In this document: one piece after another, positions 16,118-24,952 of the stretch
How positions within the stretch are numbered: the stretch's first letter is position 1
How the letters are laid out: the number at the start of each line of letters is the position of its first letter
NCBI GenBank assembly: GCA_964600725.1
Contig: CAZRLQ010000001.1
Span: 1-28,267 of the forward strand
Direction: 5' to 3'
DNA from: an uncultured Desulfobacterales bacterium
GTDB lineage: Bacteria > Desulfobacterota > Desulfobacteria > Desulfobacterales > CAZRLQ01
Length of the DNA: 28,267 nt
Notes under the pieces: generated by a model
Told to the model about the DNA's origin: nothing
Seen by the model: only the letters and a program-made list of their open reading frames with translations
Database searches by the model: none
Position numbers and translations under genes: made by a program

Positions 16118-17193
16118 TAGTTTGATTGATTGAAAAACAGACGGGTAATATCATTATAAAATACGACTATCATAAGCAATATCAGTAAAAATATTCCAGC
16201 CTGCTGGGCTATCTCACGCACCTTTGTATTAATAGGTCGTCTTGTCACGGCCTCTATGAAAAAGAAGAGTATATGACCGCCGTCTAAAACCGGTATGGGG
16301 AGAATATTTAAAATAGCGAGATTAATGCTGAGCAGAGCAATAAAAAACGCCAGATTGGCTGCCCCCTCTCTGGCCTGTTGCCCCGCAAGCTCTGCAATCA
16401 TAATCGGCCCGCCAAGTGTTTTCGTAGAAATAGTGCCCTGTATAATCTTTACAATACTTACAACAGTCAGTTTGGTGATGCTGTATGTCTGGATAATGCT
16501 TTCTGAAAATGCCTGAACCGGATTCAGCTCCTTTATGAAATAATCACCCGATGCCTTAATTCCTATAAGACTTCGTTTTTTATCCTCCCCGAAAATATCT
16601 TTTACTATTTGCATCCTTGGTTTAATTTTTATTTCAAGGAGAGACTCTCCACGAACCACAGAAAATGCAATATTTCTTTCTTTACTTGAGGAAATAATTT
16701 CAGACATCTCATTCCAGCTTACAATCTCAATGCCGTCAATTGCCGCAATAGTATCATCTTTTTTAAGCCCCGCGATTTGAGCCGGGCTTCCTTTTTCAAC
16801 CTCTCCAATAACCGGTTTCAATATAAAAACACCTGAAAACTGAAAAAAAAGATAAAATATAATCAGAGCAAGGATAAGGTTGAAAAAAGGACCGGCTGCA
16901 ACGATCAAAATTCGTTGAAATACATTCTTGTGTGTAAAAGAAATCGGTATATCCGCAGGATCGATTTCCGCATCCGGTTCTTCACCAACCATTTTGACAA
17001 ACCCGCCAAGTGGTACTGCTGAAATACAATAATCTGTAATTCCTATCTTTTTACCGAAAAGCCTGGGACCGAATCCAAGTGAGAATTTAAGGACCCCGAC
17101 ACCTAACATTCTGGCAGTCAGAAAATGCCCCAGTTCATGGAAAAAGATAAGTACGCCCAAAACAATAACAAATGCAAAAATATTAGTCGTCAT
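16117..17193 (-). CDS. rseP: RIP metalloprotease RseP (M50 family, one PDZ domain)
   Basis: 358 aa with HELGH, GGFVKM, AAGPFFN, PDZ (SPAQIAGLKKDD) and NILPIPVLDGG. Confidence 0.96.
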   Translation of the reverse strand: MTTNIFAFVIVLGVLIFFHELGHFLTARMLGVGVLKFSLGFGPRLFGKKIGITDYCISAVPLGGFVKMVGEEPDAEIDPADIPISFTHKNVFQRILIVAAGPFFNLILALIIFYLFFQFSGVFILKPVIGEVEKGSPAQIAGLKKDDTIAAIDGIEIVSWNEMSEIISSSKERNIAFSVVRGESLLEIKIKPRMQIVKDIFGEDKKRSLIGIKASGDYFIKELNPVQAFSESIIQTYSITKLTVVSIVKIIQGTISTKTLGGPIMIAELAGQQAREGAANLAFFIALLSINLAILNILPIPVLDGGHILFFFIEAVTRRPINTKVREIAQQAGIFLLILLMIVVFYNDITRLFFNQSN

Positions 17194-17240
17194 AATAAAA
17201 CTTTGTTCGGCCTTTATGCTTAAGTTTCGCTATTTTTTTT

Positions 17241-17269
17241 AATGTCCAAAAAATACAAAAAATTTTGAT
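17241..17269 (-). repeat. 29-bp repeat, inverted partner of 16055-16083
   Basis: aatgtccaaaaaatacaaaaaattttgat; its reverse complement matches 16055-16083 at 27/29. Confidence 0.9.
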
Positions 17270-17273
17270 GCTC

Positions 17274-17343
17274 GTAGAGGCAACTCCCTGTGGCTGCCCA
17301 GCATTGTGCAATCAATCGGACAGGCACAAGGGCCTGCCCCTGC
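17274..17343. repeat. GTAG-type REP inverted doublet (REPIN-like)
   Basis: gtagaggcaactccctgtggctgccc (17274-17299) and the reverse complement of 17318-17343 (gcaggggcaggcccttgtgcctgtcc) are diverged copies of one G(T/C)AG-led palindromic unit. Confidence 0.75.
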
Positions 17344-17391
17344 TATTTTGTGCCAATATACATCACAGCTTCAGGTGATGCATACTTGGTT

Positions 17392-17413
17392 AAGTTATTT
17401 CGTCCCCGTTTCT
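17392..17413 (+). repeat. 22-bp repeat, direct partner of 16096-16117
   Basis: 21/22 identity to 16096-16117. Confidence 0.9.
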
Positions 17414-17628
17414 GGGTATAGTCTAATGGAATTGAGCGCCAGCGAAATTCAAGTCACGGTTCATGCCGCGCTTATCCGGTCATGATCGGTACCGCTGCTA
17501 AAAACGTGGTACGTCAAGATCATCATTCTTAGTTCAAGCAGCACAGAACGCTATTTAGTCTATCCAGTCCGACGCATCTGCCTGAATTTTTTCCGATGGA
17601 TAACACAGCCGATTAAATAACCGGCATA

Positions 17629-18789
17629 CTATCCTGCTAAACCGATCAACCGGATGGCTGTCTTTCTTGCCCAGTTATCTATTTTCAGAATATCATACAA
17701 GTTTGGGTTTTCAACGACCAAATGCCTATCCATTATGTTTTTGATAACCTCCGGTATGCTGATAAATGAGATACGATTCTTTAAAAATGCACCGACAGCT
17801 ATTTCATTTGCGGCATTCAAAACCGCAGGAAGCGTTCCCCCGGCTTTACAGGCTCGCATTGCAAGGGCAAGACAGGGAAACCTTTCTAAATCTGGTTTTT
17901 CAAATGACAATGTCCCTATTTCTGTAAAGTCCGGCATCTGCTGCTTTAAAGGAAGACGTTCAGGATATGCCAACGAATATGCTATGGCTGCTTTCATATC
18001 GGGAATTCCAAGTTGCGCGATAACAGATCCATCTTTATAACGAACCATTGAATGAACCACGCTTTGTGGATGGATGACGACTTCTATCATATCCAGGGAA
18101 ACATCGAACAGATATTTTGCTTCTATTACCTCAAGTCCTTTGTTCATCATTGTTGCCGAATCTATACTTATTTTTCTGCCCATCTTCCATGTGGGATGAT
18201 TCAAAGCCTCTTCAGGTTTTATATCGGCAAATTCTTCCCTGGACTTTTGTCGAAAAGGACCACCGGATGCCGTAAGGAGTATTTTATCCAGGTCATCTTT
18301 GCGGTGGCCTGCAAGACATTGAAAAATCGCACTATGTTCACTGTCAATGGGAAGTATTTTTACTCCTTTTTCAGAGGCTTTTTGCATGACAATTTCACCG
18401 GCCATCACAAGTGTCTCCTTGTTCGCCAGGGCGATACTTTTGCCTGCCTCTATTGCAGCCAGCGTCGGCATCAAACCTGCAGCGCCGACCACAGCAACGA
18501 CCACCATATTTACCAAAGCATGTATGGCAGCAGTTCGATACCCCTTTTCTCCATACAGTATTTTTACATAATCCTTTCCGGAAATGATTTTTTTCAAGGC
18601 TAATGCTCGCCCTTCGTCAAAAACAACGGCAATTTCCGGATGAAACCGGTTAATCTGATTGGCCAACAGCTCAATATTGTCTGCTGCCGCAAGAATTTTA
18701 ACAGCAAACCTGTCAGGAAACATTTCTGCTATTTTAAGTACATTGCGACCGATGGACCCTGTTGACCCAAGTATGGAAAGATGTTTCAT
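17629..18789 (-). CDS. dxr: 1-deoxy-D-xylulose 5-phosphate reductoisomerase
   Basis: 386 aa with LGSTGSIG, LANKE, PIDSEH, LTASGGPF, KISIDSATMMNKGLE and NAANE. Confidence 0.97.
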   Translation of the reverse strand: MKHLSILGSTGSIGRNVLKIAEMFPDRFAVKILAAADNIELLANQINRFHPEIAVVFDEGRALALKKIISGKDYVKILYGEKGYRTAAIHALVNMVVVAVVGAAGLMPTLAAIEAGKSIALANKETLVMAGEIVMQKASEKGVKILPIDSEHSAIFQCLAGHRKDDLDKILLTASGGPFRQKSREEFADIKPEEALNHPTWKMGRKISIDSATMMNKGLEVIEAKYLFDVSLDMIEVVIHPQSVVHSMVRYKDGSVIAQLGIPDMKAAIAYSLAYPERLPLKQQMPDFTEIGTLSFEKPDLERFPCLALAMRACKAGGTLPAVLNAANEIAVGAFLKNRISFISIPEVIKNIMDRHLVVENPNLYDILKIDNWARKTAIRLIGLAG

Positions 18790-18832
18790 GCTAAGTTTGA
18801 TATGGCCTGATATTTCTTTACCCGTAAGATTT

Positions 18833-18920
18833 GTAACTTCTCAAAAAATTCGGGCAGCGATGGAAAAATCCCCCTTTTTCAAAGGGGAAAGCAGACAGAT
18901 ATCCGAACTTATTAAGTTAC
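18833..18920. mobile_element. 88-bp MITE, copy B (GTAAC...GTTAC) with a perfect 8-bp target-site duplication
   Basis: Ends are gtaactt / aagttac. taagattt is present at both 18825-18832 and 18921-18928. The core tccccctttttcaaaggggaaagca (18869-18893) is identical to 15984-16008. Confidence 0.9.
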
Positions 18921-18930
18921 TAAGATTTTA

Positions 18931-18963
18931 GCAAAAATTGGAGTTGCAGCCGTTTGACAACTC
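18931..18963 (-). terminator. Possible weak intrinsic terminator after cdsA
   Basis: Minus strand reads GAGTTG(T)CA-aacggc-TGCAACTC followed by caaTTTTT. Confidence 0.3.
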
Positions 18964-18980
18964 TGCGATCAAAAAAACAA

Positions 18981-19796
18981 TCACGGCCCGAGTATATATT
19001 CCTTGAAAAAATACGCCAAGGGTGCTGCAAAGAGCAGAGCATCTATACGATCCAGGATTCCGCCGTGCCCGGGCAATATTCCTCCAGAATCCTTTACCTT
19101 TGCTGTCCGTTTAAGTTCGGATTCAAACAGATCACCAGCCTGCCCTGCGACCCCTATTAAAACAAAAAAGAGCAGGCTCTCCAGCCAGGGAAGTGAAGGC
19201 AGAAAAAAAAACTTGAACAATGAGCCTGTCAAAAGATTTGCCGCTAAACCTCCAATAGACCCTTCAACGGTTTTTCCGGGGCTTACAGCCGGGCAGAGCT
19301 TATGACGTCCCAAAGAGATGCCTGTATAATATGCTCCAACATCACCTGCAAAAACAATACATAACAAGAAAAATATCCAGTCAACTCCGCTTTCGACATT
19401 CCTTATCATGACCAGACAGGAAAGAAAAAGAGGGATATATAAAATGCCTATTATCTGTTTTATTACGATTTCCAATACAAAAGGATCATGCTTGTACTGA
19501 AAAACAGAGATAAAAGCAGAAATAATAAAGTTAAATATTAAAATGCCTAAAACAACTTCATAATAATTGCTGTACACAGCCCAAACAATAAAGCTTCCGG
19601 TAAAAAACCCGAAAAAGGGTATGATTTTTAGTTTAACTGGCATTTTGTGATCAAACTGTATCCGGAAATATTCCCATAAAGCAATTATAGCGACGACACT
19701 GATAAATACGGCAAACAGGAAGGAACCCCCTTTGTATAGAAGCAAAACAAGAAAAGGAAGAGCGACAATAGATGTGATCCATCGTTTTAAATGCAT
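18981..19796 (-). CDS. cdsA: Phosphatidate cytidylyltransferase
   Basis: 271-aa membrane protein with DVGAYYTG, SPGKTVEG, GDLFESELKR..KVKDSG..LPGHGGILDRID. Confidence 0.96.
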   Translation of the reverse strand: MHLKRWITSIVALPFLVLLLYKGGSFLFAVFISVVAIIALWEYFRIQFDHKMPVKLKIIPFFGFFTGSFIVWAVYSNYYEVVLGILIFNFIISAFISVFQYKHDPFVLEIVIKQIIGILYIPLFLSCLVMIRNVESGVDWIFFLLCIVFAGDVGAYYTGISLGRHKLCPAVSPGKTVEGSIGGLAANLLTGSLFKFFFLPSLPWLESLLFFVLIGVAGQAGDLFESELKRTAKVKDSGGILPGHGGILDRIDALLFAAPLAYFFKEYILGP

Positions 19797-19826
19797 ATAA
19801 CCATATTTACAGGAGTCAAGATTTAA

Positions 19827-19855
19827 TAGACCGGCTAAGGTAAGGGTGGTATAAT
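19827..19855 (+). promoter_or_regulatory. Candidate sigma70 promoter, antisense to uppS
   Basis: TAGACC-17 bp-TATAAT with an extended -10 (TGn): ...ggTGgTATAAT. Confidence 0.4.
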
Positions 19856-19926
19856 GGGTAAAAAATGACGTGCAACTGAAAATCTTCCGGGATGGCCGTG
19901 TGAAAACAATTTATTAATTCGGGCCC

Positions 19927-20670
19927 CTAAACTTTACCGAATCGACGTTCCCTGTTTTGATACTCTTTTATAATACTGATAAATTCATCTTCGCCAAAAT
20001 CCGGCCATAGAGTATCCGTTATAAAAATTTCCGAATATGCTATCTGCCACAAAAGAAAATTGCTGATCCGCATCTCTCCGCTGGTTCGTATTAACAGATC
20101 CGGATCGGGCATCCCCCTGGTGTACAGATGTTCAGATACAAGCTCGGCTGTTATTGAATCATAATTTATTATTCCTTCTTTGGCTTTTATTGCAATATCT
20201 CGAACCATTTTAACAATTTCCGCCCGCCCCCCATAGCTTAATGCAAGGTTTAAGAGCATGCCATCATTACTTTTTGTCAGATCTTTTGTCTCTTTAACTG
20301 ATATTTTAACATCTTCCGGCAGTTTTTCTATCTGCCCAATGACATTGAAGCGGATATTTTTATTCATAAGTTCATAGATTTCTGATCTGAGAAATTTTTT
20401 AAGGAGAGCCATAAGGGCGGTGATTTCATGTTTAGGACGCTGCCAGTTCTCAGTAGAAAAAGCAAAAAGCGTAAGTATGGGAATTCCGATTTCACGGCAG
20501 TTTCGTACAACAGTGCGGACTGCTTCGGCTCCCTTTTCATGACCTTTAATACGGCTTAAAAAACGTTTTTTCGCCCACCTGCCATTTCCATCCATAATAA
20601 TGGCAATATGAACGGGGAGCAGCGAAGTATCGATATCTGTGCGCCTTATAGAAAAGTCACTAAAATTCAA
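19927..20670 (-). CDS. uppS: Undecaprenyl diphosphate synthase
   Basis: HIAIIMDGNGRWA, FSTENWQRP, LSYGGRAEI and PDLLIRTSGEMRISNFLLWQ. The TTG start overlaps the frr end, so the start is uncertain. Confidence 0.96.
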   Translation of the reverse strand: MNFSDFSIRRTDIDTSLLPVHIAIIMDGNGRWAKKRFLSRIKGHEKGAEAVRTVVRNCREIGIPILTLFAFSTENWQRPKHEITALMALLKKFLRSEIYELMNKNIRFNVIGQIEKLPEDVKISVKETKDLTKSNDGMLLNLALSYGGRAEIVKMVRDIAIKAKEGIINYDSITAELVSEHLYTRGMPDPDLLIRTSGEMRISNFLLWQIAYSEIFITDTLWPDFGEDEFISIIKEYQNRERRFGKV

Positions 20671-21217
20671 GGATTTCTTTCTCTTTTTCTTTATAGATTT
20701 TATCCATGGAATTTATATAATCATCGGTTATTTTCTGTATCCGGGCCTGAGCCTTGAAAAAATCATCTTCCGAAATATCACCATCTTTTTTTAAATTTTT
20801 TAACAGTTCGTTTGAGTCACGTCTGATATTTCGCACTGCAACTTTGTATTCTTCACATGTTTTGTTTACAATCTTAACCAGCTCTTTACGTCTTTCTTCC
20901 GTCAGAGGAGGGATGGAAATACGTATAACCTTACCGTCATTTGATGGAGTCAGACCGAGATCGGATTTTAATATTGCTTTTTCAATATCTTTTATTATTG
21001 AAACATCCCATGGCTGTATCATAATAAGCCGGCTCTCCGGAATTGAAATAGATGCCGTCTGATTAAGGGGTGTCAAGGTGCCGTAATAATCAATTTTTAT
21101 ACCATCTAAAAGATTCTGCGAAGCACGCCCCGTTCGGATCCTCTTTAATTCATAATTAAGAGCATTAACTGACTTGTCCATCCTTTCCCTGGTTTCCTGG
21201 TATGTCGATTCAATCAT
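20660..21217 (-). CDS. frr: Ribosome recycling factor
   Basis: 185 aa with IRTGRAS, YYGTLTPL, QPWD, LGLTPSNDG and PPLTEERRKELVK. Confidence 0.98.
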   Translation of the reverse strand: MIESTYQETRERMDKSVNALNYELKRIRTGRASQNLLDGIKIDYYGTLTPLNQTASISIPESRLIMIQPWDVSIIKDIEKAILKSDLGLTPSNDGKVIRISIPPLTEERRKELVKIVNKTCEEYKVAVRNIRRDSNELLKNLKKDGDISEDDFFKAQARIQKITDDYINSMDKIYKEKEKEILEF

Positions 21218-21236
21218 TGTATTTGCCTTTCAATTA

Positions 21237-21522
21237 CCTGAATTAAGCGCTTAACCTTTAGCGGCTAACTATTAGTGGTTCATCACGGATTAGTGTGGTA
21301 ATCCATAATGAACAGCTAATCGCTAATACCTGATGGCATAAGTTCAATTAGTGTATGTTTGATAAATAGAATCTCCGCAATAATCCGCTATGATCCCTAT
21401 TAGTTTAATGATTACAAGATGTTTTGCCATTACAAATTCTCACCCGTTGGGTGTTGTTTCTATTTAACGTAATATCTTGATTTTTCAAAGCTAAACGCTA
21501 ATGGCTGATCGCTTAATTCAGG
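21237..21522. mobile_element. 286-bp MITE-like insertion (CCTGAATTAAGCG termini, 5-bp TSD) in the pyrH stop codon
   Basis: Perfect 13-bp TIRs at 21237-21249 and 21510-21522, continuing about 14/21 inward. aatta is duplicated at 21232-21236 and 21523-21527. There is an internal three-segment hairpin at 21271-21320. Confidence 0.85.
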
Positions 21523-22237
21523 AATTACTTATCATAGTACCGGTTTCTTCCCCACAAACAACTTTTTTGATATTTTCTTTTGTCTTAAGATTAAAAACGA
21601 CAAGGGGAAGCCGATTATCCATCGCAAGTGAAATCGCAGTCATATCCATTACTTTTAGCTGTTTTTCAAGAACCTCCATATAAGTCACTTTTTTTATAAA
21701 TTCAGCATCGCGATTCAAAACCGGATCTGAATCGTAAAGACCGTTAACTTTAGTCGCTTTTAATATAACTTCGGCATGAATCTCCTGAGCCCTTAAAACT
21801 GCCGCAGTATCAGTTGTGAAATAGGGACTTCCCGTACCGGCGGCAAATATTACCAGCCGGCCTTTCTCAAGATGGCGGACAGCTTTTCGGATAATGCAAG
21901 GCTCTGCTATTTCATGCATCGCTATGGCTGTTTGCAGTCGCACCTGAATACCCTTTTTTTCCAGAACATCCTGAAGCGCAAGGCTGTTAATCACTGTGGC
22001 CAACATTCCCATCTGATCGGCAGAGGCTCTATCCATTCCGTAGGAACCGGCAGCAACTCCCCTGAATATGTTGCCGCCCCCGACGACAATAGCGATCTGA
22101 ATACCGAGATCAAATATAGAATAGACCTCATCTGCTACATACTGTAAAACATCAGGGCTTATTCCAAAACCCTGATCCCCCATAAGAGCTTCACCGCTTA
22201 ACTTTAACAGAATCCTTTTGAATCGGGGAGTTTCCAA
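21518..22237 (-). CDS. pyrH: Uridylate kinase
   Basis: 239 aa with [32 protein letters not shown] and [15 protein letters not shown] start with GGAGAGG upstream. Confidence 0.98.
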   Translation of the reverse strand: METPRFKRILLKLSGEALMGDQGFGISPDVLQYVADEVYSIFDLGIQIAIVVGGGNIFRGVAAGSYGMDRASADQMGMLATVINSLALQDVLEKKGIQVRLQTAIAMHEIAEPCIIRKAVRHLEKGRLVIFAAGTGSPYFTTDTAAVLRAQEIHAEVILKATKVNGLYDSDPVLNRDAEFIKKVTYMEVLEKQLKVMDMTAISLAMDNRLPLVVFNLKTKENIKKVVCGEETGTMISNS

Positions 22238-22241
22238 AACA

Positions 22242-22841
22242 TTAACCCTCTCCTATCTGAAATCGTGCAAACCGTTTTATAGTTATGCTTTCACCAATCT
22301 TTCCAATCATATCATTCAATAAATCAGAAATAGTCATACTGGTATCACGGACATACAACTGATTCATCAGACAGTTATCCTTAAAAAATTTATTCAGCTT
22401 TCCCTCGGCTATCTTATCAATCATCTGTTCGGGTTTTCCCATTTCCCGAGCTTGTTCACGATAAATATCCTTTTCCCTGTTAACAATCTCTTCCGGAATA
22501 TCTGAAGGATTAATTCCCAAAGGATTGACAGCAGCAATATGCATCGCAATATTTTTTGCAAATTTCTTGAAGTCATCTGTTTTTGCAACAAAATCGGTTT
22601 CGCAGCCCACTTCAACCAAAACACCGATCTTTCCGCCCATGTGGATATATGTCTCTACAATTCCTTCAGAACTAGTCTTCCCGGCTCTTTTTGCAGCAGT
22701 TGCCAGTCCTTTCTTTCTTAAAAAATCAACCGCCTTATCCATGTCGCCATTACATCTGGAAAGGGCTTCTTTACAATCCATTATTCCCCCTCCGGTCTTT
22801 CCACGGAGCTCTTTTACCATTTCTGCATTAATCTCTGCCAT
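22242..22841 (-). CDS. tsf: Elongation factor Ts (short ~200-aa form)
   Basis: 199 aa counted from the ATG at 22841, which has AGGAG upstream. [26 protein letters not shown] and RFARFQIGE motifs. Confidence 0.97.
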   Translation of the reverse strand: MAEINAEMVKELRGKTGGGIMDCKEALSRCNGDMDKAVDFLRKKGLATAAKRAGKTSSEGIVETYIHMGGKIGVLVEVGCETDFVAKTDDFKKFAKNIAMHIAAVNPLGINPSDIPEEIVNREKDIYREQAREMGKPEQMIDKIAEGKLNKFFKDNCLMNQLYVRDTSMTISDLLNDMIGKIGESITIKRFARFQIGEG

Positions 22842-22882
22842 TTCAATTCTCCTGGTTTTCATTTTCAGAATCTTCAAACTTT

Positions 22883-23734
22883 TCAATCAAAACTGCGGGC
22901 TCCTCTCCTGATTAATTCCACGACAGGACCTTCCGAACCGTTTGCAATAATCTTCCTTTCGCCAGGTTTCAACTTTTCACTCTCCTCTGTCCCAACAAAA
23001 TCTTCTTCAGCTTCAGCTTCTTTATCCGCTTCCGCCTGACGTTTTTCAGCCAGCCGCCGTCTTCCTTCAATACAGGCATCGGCAATCCTGGACGTAATCA
23101 GACGTATTGCGCGTATGGCATCATCATTACCCGGAATAATATAATCAATATCATCGGGATCGCAATTCGTGTCTACAATAGCCACAATCGGTATATTAAG
23201 ACGTCTGCATTCCCTGACGGCTATTGCTTCATTTTTGGGATCAACGATAAAAACAGCTCCGGGAAGATCTTTCATGGTACGTATGCCGCCAAGTATATTG
23301 TCGAGTTTCATACGTTCCTTTCCAAGTTTCAGCCTTTCTTTTTTGATATAAAGATTAATCGACCCGTCATTTTCTATTGTGTTCAAATGGTTAAGTCGTT
23401 CTATACTCTGTCTTATCGTCTGAAAATTGGTCAGCATCCCGCCTAACCATCTGTTATGAACGTAAAACATTTCACTTCGGTTCGCCTCTTCATATATTGA
23501 GTCCCGAGCCTGTTTTTTTGTACCTACAAAAAGAATTGACTGCCCGTTCGATACGGTATCAAGAACAAAATCGTATACTGTTTTGAACATGCGAACGGTT
23601 TTTTGAAGATCAATAATATAAATACCGTTTCTTGCACCAAAAATATATGGTTTCATCTTTGGATTCCACCGTTTTGTTTGATGCCCAAAATGAACTCCCG
23701 CTTCAAGAAGTTCTCTCATTGTGATATAAGCCAT
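22883..23734 (-). CDS. rpsB: 30S ribosomal protein S2
   Basis: 283 aa counted from the ATG at 23734, with GGAGG 5 nt upstream. [27 protein letters not shown] and PGNDDAIRA motifs; acidic C-terminal tail. Confidence 0.98.
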   Translation of the reverse strand: MAYITMRELLEAGVHFGHQTKRWNPKMKPYIFGARNGIYIIDLQKTVRMFKTVYDFVLDTVSNGQSILFVGTKKQARDSIYEEANRSEMFYVHNRWLGGMLTNFQTIRQSIERLNHLNTIENDGSINLYIKKERLKLGKERMKLDNILGGIRTMKDLPGAVFIVDPKNEAIAVRECRRLNIPIVAIVDTNCDPDDIDYIIPGNDDAIRAIRLITSRIADACIEGRRRLAEKRQAEADKEAEAEEDFVGTEESEKLKPGERKIIANGSEGPVVELIRRGARSFD

Positions 23735-23829
23735 TTTTTCCTCCCAATCGGTTTTTTCCACCGCCTCCTTCAACCCTGCTTCCAGCTTTCAATGAAAAGC
23801 ACCAGGAAACAGGTCAAAAGACGTGTGAG
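23735..23829 (-). ncRNA. rpsB 5' leader (S2-binding autoregulatory RNA)
   Basis: Minus strand CACACGTC-TTTTGACC-TGTTTCC-TGGTGC-[CTTT..AAAG]-CT-GGAAGCA-GGGTTGAAG-GAGGCG...AAACC folds into a long stem. It carries the ACAC, GGTGC and GGAGGC elements of known rpsB leaders. Confidence 0.7.
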
Positions 23830-23840
23830 ATAATATAATT

Positions 23841-23858
23841 CTGAATTAAGCGATCAGC
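23841..23858 (+). repeat. Solo terminus of the pyrH-frr element
   Basis: ctgaattaagcgatcagc is the exact reverse complement of 21504-21521 (18/18). Confidence 0.85.
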
Positions 23859-23967
23859 TGTCAGCCTCTTCCCTGATCTTGCAGAAAACTTCTCATTCTA
23901 AGACAGAATCCTTAGTATAAAAACCGTTTTTTGTATCAAATTAAATAGATGCCCGCAACTATTTTTT

Positions 23968-23999
23968 CCATAAATCAACAGACTCATAAATCCACGGCA
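23968..23999 (+). repeat. Composite repeat fragment matching 7170-7189 and 7341-7352
   Basis: ccataaatcaacagactcat (20/20 with 7170-7189) is immediately followed by aaatccacggca (12/12 with 7341-7352). Confidence 0.85.
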
Positions 24000-24043
24000 T
24001 ACTCCAGATCACCGCTAAAAGTAAAATCTCCTTCATCCCTTTT

Positions 24044-24952
24044 TCATTCGGCTTTTTTCATCTGAACAATCCGGTCAAGGCCACTGTAATCCTTTGTAAA
24101 AATTATCTGATAATAACGACCACAGCTTTGAATAATTTCACGGATATTTTCTTTCTGGTCATAACCGATTTCGAGCAGCAGGCTTCCATCTTTCTCAAGA
24201 TAATTATGTGCACAGTAAATAATATCTCTTATACAGCCAAGTCCGTCCCTACCCCCGTCCAATGCTATTTTAGGCTCATATCTATAAATTTCAGCCTGCA
24301 GTCCGCCTATGGTCTGAGTGGGAATATATGGGGGGTTTGATATGATCATATCAAAAGGATGAATATCTTTTTTTATAGGGGCAAACCAACTGCCGGAAAG
24401 AAAATAGATCGCCTTCTCAAGATTATGGCGTCTTGCATTTTTCTTAGCCAATTTTATCGCGTTTATTGAACAGTCGGATGCAAAAAAAAGATGCTTTGGC
24501 CGCTGTGATGCAAGGGCAAGAATAACAGCACCGGATCCTGTGCCTAATTCCAATATCCGCTTTGGAGCTGAAGAAAAATCAGGCAGAAGAGAAAGAGCCG
24601 CTTCTGCCAGATGTTCAGTTTCAGGACGAGGAATAAGAACATCCTTTGTGACTTTGAGTTCCATGGACCAGAATTCCTTTTTACCCACAATGTAAGCAAC
24701 AGGCTCCCTGCGAATCCTTCTTATTATTAATTTTTTAAAAAGATATAATTCTCTCTCGGAAAGAGGCTGATCGTATTGTAAATACAGATCTATCCGCTTC
24801 AGTTTCAAGGCATGTGCCAAAAGTATTTCAGCTGTAGCCCGTGGATTATCTATATTGTAAGATTTAAAATAAGAAGTTGTCCACGAAAGGATTTTAAAGA
24901 TGGTCCATTGGAATTTTTTAGCTGCCGGCTGCAACTTTGACTGATTCAGCAT
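24044..24952 (-). CDS. prmC: Release factor glutamine methyltransferase
   Basis: 302 aa counted from Met15 of the tracked ORF (overlaps the prfA end). [30 protein letters not shown] and ISNPPY motifs. Confidence 0.96.
   Translation of the reverse strand: MLNQSKLQPAAKKFQWTIFKILSWTTSYFKSYNIDNPRATAEILLAHALKLKRIDLYLQYDQPLSERELYLFKKLIIRRIRREPVAYIVGKKEFWSMELKVTKDVLIPRPETEHLAEAALSLLPDFSSAPKRILELGTGSGAVILALASQRPKHLFFASDCSINAIKLAKKNARRHNLEKAIYFLSGSWFAPIKKDIHPFDMIISNPPYIPTQTIGGLQAEIYRYEPKIALDGGRDGLGCIRDIIYCAHNYLEKDGSLLLEIGYDQKENIREIIQSCGRYYQIIFTKDYSGLDRIVQMKKAE

Noticed and set aside
17461-17526. 21-codon minus-strand ORF MMILTYHVFSSGTDHDRISAA, faintly like the YHV..RG start of Y1/RAYT transposases
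   Set aside because: Only 3-4 residues match, there is no HUH motif or downstream continuation, and no RBS.
17412-17567. Weak inverted similarity (ctgggtatagtctaa vs ctggatagactaa) and a 7-bp direct repeat tagtcta
   Set aside because: Gapped and short, so no element boundaries can be defined with confidence.
23914-23939. TTGATA...TATACT on the minus strand as the rpsB promoter
   Set aside because: The spacer is only 14 bp, too short for sigma70.
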